Source: Eledone cirrhosa (taxonomy: Eukaryota). Taken from it: 64,000 bases of DNA. Of the stretch, positions 53,101-60,600 are shown piece by piece. The notes under the pieces are model-generated. The model saw nothing but the letters and a program-made list of their open reading frames with translations. It was not told the origin of the DNA and did not search any database. The stretch lies in the NCBI GenBank assembly GCA_964016885.1, contig OZ024740.1:220906001-220970000 (forward strand). The letters run 5' to 3'. The translations under genes were made by a program, and so were the position numbers. Each line of letters opens with the position of its first letter. The stretch's first letter is position 1.

Positions 53101-54617
53101 TTATGTCCTAAATGCAAAGTATGGGTGCATAAAAGATGTAGTGGGATCACAGGTAAGCTAACTAAGAACATAGATTTTACATGTGGCCGGTGCTCTGGTG
53201 CAATAAGTAGCAGCAAGTGCCCACAAACTACTAGCTCTTTCAATTGCGCAGAGGGTTCTATAGAAATAGTGGACAGCTTCCGTTACCTGGGCGATAAAAT
53301 CAGCAGTGGGGGAGGGTGCTCTGAAAGTACTGTAGCTAGAGTCAGAACTGGTTGGAAAAAGTTCAGAGAGCTTATACCACTATTAGCTGCTAAAGGGTTC
53401 TCACTAAAAATGAAAGGCAGGTTGTACGATGCCTGCATACGAACAGCAATGCTGCATGGCAGTGAGACCTGGGCATTGTGTGCAGAGGATATACGCAGAC
53501 TAGAGAGGAACGAAGCTTGCATGCTCCGCTGGATGTGTAACAGTAATATACGTGAACGGCAAAGCATAAACGAACTAAGGAAAAAATTAGAAATAAGAGG
53601 GATCAGATGTTGTTTACTCGAGAGAAGGCTACGTTGGTATGGACACGTGATGCGCATGAAAGTCGATAGCTGTATAACAAAGTGCAGGGCAATAAAGATA
53701 GACGGTAGTCACGGAATAGGCAGACCTAGAAAAACCTGGGACGAGCTGATAAACTCCGACATCACACACTTACACCTCTCCAAGACAATGTCACTGGACC
53801 GAGACCTTTGGCGGTACTCAGTAACAGAGAAGACCCGCCTTACCTAAATATATAGTAAAACCTACTCCAGCCAGTAGGCATCTCTAACAAAATACACCCC
53901 GTCCCACCACCACCACCCCCACCCGATCCACACCACCCCGTTCTATGTAAAGTTATGTTGGTGCCGCGCCATCGAGGCCGAAACAAATGAGATCGTGTAG
54001 GTGTCACGACAAAAAAACACACAGTCCACGCTGTAATGTGGCCGTGTAGGCAACACGGTAAAAACCTCCCAGACCCACACTGTAAATGTGGTTGGTGTTA
54101 GGAAGGGCATCCAACTGTAGAAAACCTGCCAGACAGTCCTATGCAAGCAAGACAATCACTCTTGCCTCAAGTGGGACTACCCCCGTCCAAACCCATGCAA
54201 GCGTGGAACACGGACGTTAAACGTTGATGATGATGATGATGATGATACTACTAATTCTGAATAAAATTATTATTGAATAAAATTATTATTGCTTTTGAAA
54301 ACAGCTGGTGATATGCATGTCAGTAAATATTCTCTTTATCTGATAGTTTGTAACTAACCTTACATAGATCAATAACTGAGTATAGCTACAATGTATTATC
54401 ATCATCTAGAAACGATCGTAAAGCAGTGAAGTATATCTCTAATGACTTGATTTTTTATTTCATTGTTTTAACTTATATCATGACTCTGTTTTCTTTTTAA
54501 TGTTTTATTGTTTTCCGAGATTTATCTTAACCTACAACATTTTCAACATATGGATTACATCGAGTTCTTCATGCAGAATAGACCCCACAACTTACTGTGG
54601 ATACCTCTGTGTATATT

Positions 54618-54649
<32 letters not shown>

Positions 54650-57600
54650 CATATTTATATACATATTTATATGTATATATATTTATATATATATATACAT
54701 ATTTATATATATATATATTTATATATATATATACATATTTATATATATATAATTAGATCCAATTAACTGAAATGCAGCTCAGTCTTAGGAAGATTAAAGA
54801 TTAAACAGCTGTCACCAATGAGAGATATATATAAAGAGTTGGCAACAGAGAGTGAGTGAGAAGGGAGGAATAGAGAGGGGAAGGGGGGAAGGAAAGAGAG
54901 AGAGAAAAACAGTTATTTAAAAGCCAGAGAGAATGATATATGGGATTCACACAGCTATAGTGGTTAGAGCATTGGCCTTACAATTGAAAGGTTGTGAGTT
55001 CAATTCTCAGACCGGGTGATGTGTTGTTTCCTTGAGCAAGACACTTTATTTCACATTGCTCCAGTTTACTCAGCTGTAGAAATGAGATGATAGGGACTGG
55101 GGTCCGTATCATTCCACTGCAAAGCGGTCGTGGAGGTGCCACGGCAAAAAAGCATCCAGCACTCACTGTAAATGAGGTTGGTGTTAGGAAGGGCATCCAG
55201 CTGTAGAAATCAAGCCAGAATCAGTTCCCGTCCCGCCCTTGCAAACAGGGAAAAGCAGACGTAAAATGAAATGATGATGATAGAGTGAGAACTCTACATA
55301 GCCAAATAAAGAGACTGCTTACTACAAAGATAGAAGAGAAATATAGACAGAGACAAATAAGAAAGAAAGAGGATGGTGTAGAAAGTGATTTATAAGACTA
55401 GAGCAACATTAGCACATAGACTATGGAGAATTATTTAAATAACATTTTAAACATAGTACAACAGTAGCAAGAGTTTTAAGGCCATATTCACTACTAAAAT
55501 ATGGCTTAGCCTGCAGACCCCTTGACAAGTTGCTCTGTTTTACCCTACTGTTTGCACCCCTTTTTATTAATGCTCTAGTTTTCATTTCCTCAATCTTTTT
55601 TAGCCATATACATTCTTTGCCTTCCTCTTTCTCTACTTACTTCTACATTAATTTACATCACTCCTCTCTTCCAGTTACTTTTTTCTTTCAACAAATGACC
55701 CATCCATCTCATTCAATTTCTCTTCACAATAGTCATCACTGGTTCTATTCCCAACATCCTCTGCAATCCATTACTTCACTCATCCACCAGATCATTCTCA
55801 TTTCATTTCTTTTCAGACTTCTCTATTGCTCCATGTTCATCACCCATAAATCATGGCAATTTTCACACATGTGACATACACCTTTCCCTTCAGTTTCAGT
55901 GACACTCCTCTCTGTATTAGCACACCACTCAGTTCCTGGAACTTCTATGCTCATCTCACCCTAGATATTATTGCAGAGTCTGATCTACCCTCTCGATTCA
56001 TTATGTCTCCAAGGTAACCTGATTTTTCACACTTTCCATCTTCCCACCATTCCCAAGATCCAACTCAACATCCTCTCCATACACACTTTACACTTAAATG
56101 CAACTACTACATTATTTAATAATCCCTTCACACCAATTTCAATATATACTTTCTGGACATCATTGCCACACAAACATCCTCTTTCCTTCTATTTTGTCTC
56201 CTGCACACAACATATGTCCAGTCTTCTATTCAGTGCCTCTACCAATTCTCCTGATCTCCCTGTTATTGTTACTATATTTTGTCATCAATTTTATGTCTAT
56301 TTTTTCCATTCTTGCATGGGTCCTTTTCAGCACAGTATTTCTCCACATGTTGTATTCCTTCGTCATCTCCAGTGTGAGTCTCATTGATTTGAGATCAGCT
56401 CTCACCACCTCTGCCCAGGTTTTCCTTTCTCTACTTCTACTGTGGTTTCCTTCTACAGGGATTCCTTTGCACTTCTTCATTCAGCAATCACCATCAATGC
56501 ACACCACATGTCTTCTCTCTTGTACACTACTTCTGATTCCTCTTATACTCAGTTCATCTAAGCTCTGTTGTTATCTTAAATTAACATCATACATCCACTG
56601 AAGCAGGCTTGCTTCATCTCTCTCCAACCCGCGCATTTCCTCAACATTCCATATCTGAAACCTCTTTCATATACCTGTCTCCACAAGGAACATCAAGAAT
56701 TTGGCTATCATAAATGAACTGAACTCCTTTATTTTGACTGGCTGCCTCACCTTGAGTTTTGACAAGAGGGAATGGTGATGCCTATAGGGTACATCAGACT
56801 GAACCCTGCCCATATGTTAATATACTTGTCATGAGGTGCTTTTTGAGCCATTGCTTTATGGCCAGATGCCCTTCTTGGTGCCAACTCTTTTAGTTGCCTC
56901 TTACAACATACTGAAATATGGTATGCATATTGTAAACTGGACACACATATTTTAAACATAGACTAATATTTCATTGGTACATGTGTATACCAGTCGATCA
57001 TTTTGTGTTGTATACAATATAATACAGACTTGAGATAGGAAAGACAAAACAGGTATGGACATATAATGTTGATGGTAGATAATGTGAATTTCAGCGCCAA
57101 CCCAGAGACCCTCCCCTACGAGTGTCGACAAATGCCCAAAACTCCGAGTTGGTACCATCAATGTAGGCTCAATGAAAGGAAGAGCAGGAGAAATCGTAGA
57201 AATGCTAGAGCGAAAGGAAGTTGATGTATGCTGTGTGCAAGAGACTAGATGGAGAGGAGGGTCTGCTAGAGTCCTTGTAGGAAAAAGCCAGTGCTACAAA
57301 TTTTTCTGGGTGGGAAATGACGATGGGATGGGTGGTGTAGGTATACTATTAGCTGACAAGTGGGTAGATAAAGTAATCTCAGTGTACAGGGTAAATGCAA
57401 GAATCATTAAACTCAGACTAGTCCTGAATAAGACAATTACCACAATAATATCAGCTTACGCACCCCAATCGGGGCTGCCAGACGAACTTAAGGATAGGTT
57501 TTACGAGTCCCTAATACACACTACTGCTCTAACAGACGACAAGGACTTCCTAATCATTGCAGGAGATTTTAACGGACACGTAGGTAAACACTGCGACGGC

Positions 57601-60600
57601 TTCAATAGAGTACATGGAGGCCATGGAGTGCACTCTAGTCAGTTAGATTTTATCCTCATCAGAGGACGTGACAGATGGACGGTCGTAAACACAAAAGCCT
57701 TCCCTAGTGAGGAATGTACATCCCAACATAGCTTAGTTGTCAGCGACCTCACGGTCAGAACTAGACGAGCCCTGAAACAGAGGCCAACCTGGAGAAGAAA
57801 GATCTGGAAGCTGAAAGTCCCCTCAACCAGTAACAGATTTAAAGATATTTTACTCAACGCCTACGACAGTAAAGAAGAACAGATAGAGACATTTAACGTA
57901 GAAGAGAACTGGGAGTTCCTAAAAAATAACTTACTAGAGGCGACGGATGAGGTTTGTGGCTGGAGTAAGACCTCAAGCAGGAGGAGAGTGACTTGGTGGT
58001 GGAACAATAAGGTAGATGAAGCAGTCAAGGCCAAGAGACAGGCATGGAAAGAATGGAAGAACGGGGGGAGCAGGGTACATTACATAGAGACCAAGAGGGA
58101 AGCTAGGCGACAAGTATACTTAGCTAGGAGGGAAGCAGAGGATAGAAAATTCAAGCATGTTTTACAACGTGAGGACCAGAAACAGGAGGTATTCAAGATT
58201 GCGAGGCAGTGTGTCAGAGATAGTTGTGATGTCATTGGAGAGAAGTGTATCCGGAATGATAAAGGTGAGCTTGCCCTCACAAGTGCTGAGAAGAAAGATG
58301 CATGGAAGAGTCATTATGATAGATTACTAAATGAGGAGAATGCATGGGAAGAAGAGACCCTACCCCACGTAGACCCTATAGAGGGACCAGCAGTACAAGT
58401 CAGCGGCAGCGTAGTAAGTAAGGCAATCAGAGATATGAAGATAGGGAAGGCAACCGGTCCATCGGGTATAGCTGCCGAGATGCTGAAGGCATCTGGGTCT
58501 GTAGGTCACACTATAACCACACGTATCGTTAACCAGGTAATACTAGAGGGGGCCATACCAAAAGATTGGTGCAGTAGCATCATTGTCAACTGCTACAAAG
58601 GTAAAGGCGATGCACTAGATAGAGGAAACTATAGAGGTATAAAGTTGATGGACCAGGTCATGAAAGTAACAGAAAGAGTTATAGCACAGTTGATTAGGGA
58701 CCGGGTGAATATAGACGAGATGCAATTTGGGTTTGTACCAGGGAAAGGCACCACTGATGCCCTCTTCCTTGTGAGGCAATTACAGGAAAAGTACCTAGCT
58801 AAAAGTAAGCCACTCTACTTGGCATTTGTCGACCTTGAGAAAGCCTTTGACAGAGTTCCACGTGCAGTAATCTGGTGGGCTCTTAGAAAACTAGGAGTAG
58901 ATGAATGGCTTGTGAAAGCGGTACAAGCCATGTATAGGGGAGCAGTCAGCAAAGTTAGGATTAGCAATGAGTATAGTGAGGAATTTAGCGTACAGGTTGG
59001 GGTCCACCAGGGCTCTGTTCTTAGCCCTCTCCTGTTCATCATAGTCCTGCAGGCAATAACGGAGGAGTTTAAGACCGGATGCCCATGGGAACTCCTGTAT
59101 GCTGATGACCTCGCACTCATAGCTGAATCTATGGTAGAACTAGAGAATAAATTCCAAACCTGGAAGCAGGGACTAGAGAGAAAGGGCCTCAAAGTCAACA
59201 TGACAAAGACTAAGGTCCTTATAAGTAGACGAGAAAACAGAACCCAGATCCCCTCAGGGAAATGGCCTTGCTCAGTATGTAGGAAAGGTGTAGGTAGGAA
59301 CTCCATTCTCTGCCCCAAATGCAAACAATGGGTACACAAGAGATGTAGCGGGATCTCAGGAAGCTTAATTAAGAATGTAGGATTCACATGCAGCAGCTGT
59401 GCTGAAACAGCAAGCAAACAGCCACAGGAAACAAGTACCACCAATCTCTGGGAGGGCCCTGTAGAAACAGTAGACAGCTTCTGCTACCTAGGTGACCGAA
59501 TTAGCAACGGAGGTGGGTGTTCAGAAAGTACAATAACTAGGGCAAGAACGGGATGGAAGAAGTTTAGGGAACTACTACCACTGCTAGCTGCAAAAGGCTT
59601 CTCCCTCAGAATGAAAGGCAGACTGTATGATGCATGTATCCGAACAGCGATGTTGCATGGTAGTGAGACCTGGGCGCTGAAGGTGGAAGACTTACGTAGA
59701 TTAGAGAGAAACGAAGCCTGCATGTTCCGATGGATGTGTAACAGTAATATACGTGAACGACAAAGCATAAAGGAATTGAGAGAGAGACTGAGCATAAGAG
59801 GAATCAAATGCTGCGTGCAGGAGAGGCGGTTACGCTGGTATGGACATGTGATGCGTATGAAGGATGACAGCTGCATAAAAAGGTGCAGAGCACTAGAAGT
59901 TGATGGAAACCGCGGAGTGGGGAGACCCAAGATGACTTGGGATGAGGTGATAAAATCCGACCTTACCCAACTACACCTCTCAAAGTCAATGACACACGAC
60001 CGTGAGTTCTGGCGTCACGCAGTAATACAGGGTACCCGACCTCCCATGGGTACATGCTGAAGCATATAAACAATATGCCCCCACTCCCCCCACCGCAAGG
60101 TGGTCGTGGAGGTGCCACGGCAAAAAAGCACCCAGCCCACACTGTAAAGTGGACGTGTAGGCACCACGAAAAAGCACCCAGCACTCACTGTAAATGAGGT
60201 TGGTGTTAGGAAGGGCATCCAGCTGTAGAAATCAAGCCAGATCAGTTCCTGTATGAGCAAGGCATGGTCAGCCGACCAGACACTGCCCACAACAGGACAA
60301 CCCGTCTAACCCATGCTAGCGTGGAAGAACGGACGTAAAATGGTGATGATGATGATGAGTGAATAAATTTGATAGCATATAAGACCCACACATTTTTTTA
60401 AATACAAAAAGGCTACAAAAATAACACGTAAACTTAGGATGTGAATTTGAGATGCATGTTTTAATAATATTAGATGCTTACCCATAATTACAAACAAATG
60501 TATTTTTTTATATTCCCTATTGAAATCAGGGGTTTTATATGCTATCAAATACAGTAATGTGAAATCCAAACACAGAAGACCTCTGAAAACATTAAAGAGA

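Larger units (their letters stand above)
48380..54478. mobile_element. Long inverted-repeat (foldback/TIR-like) element interrupted by a SINE (left arm) and the RTE (right arm)
   Basis: 48380-48845 minus the SINE is the reverse complement of 49454-49524 joined to 54245-54478; (TA)n lies to the left and TA-rich repeat nearby on the right. Confidence 0.8.

Noticed and set aside
52842-53657. Antisense ORFs over the RTE RT region (also 58815-59930 and 21426-22524)
   Set aside because: Shadow ORFs of the sense coding frame with no independent motifs.
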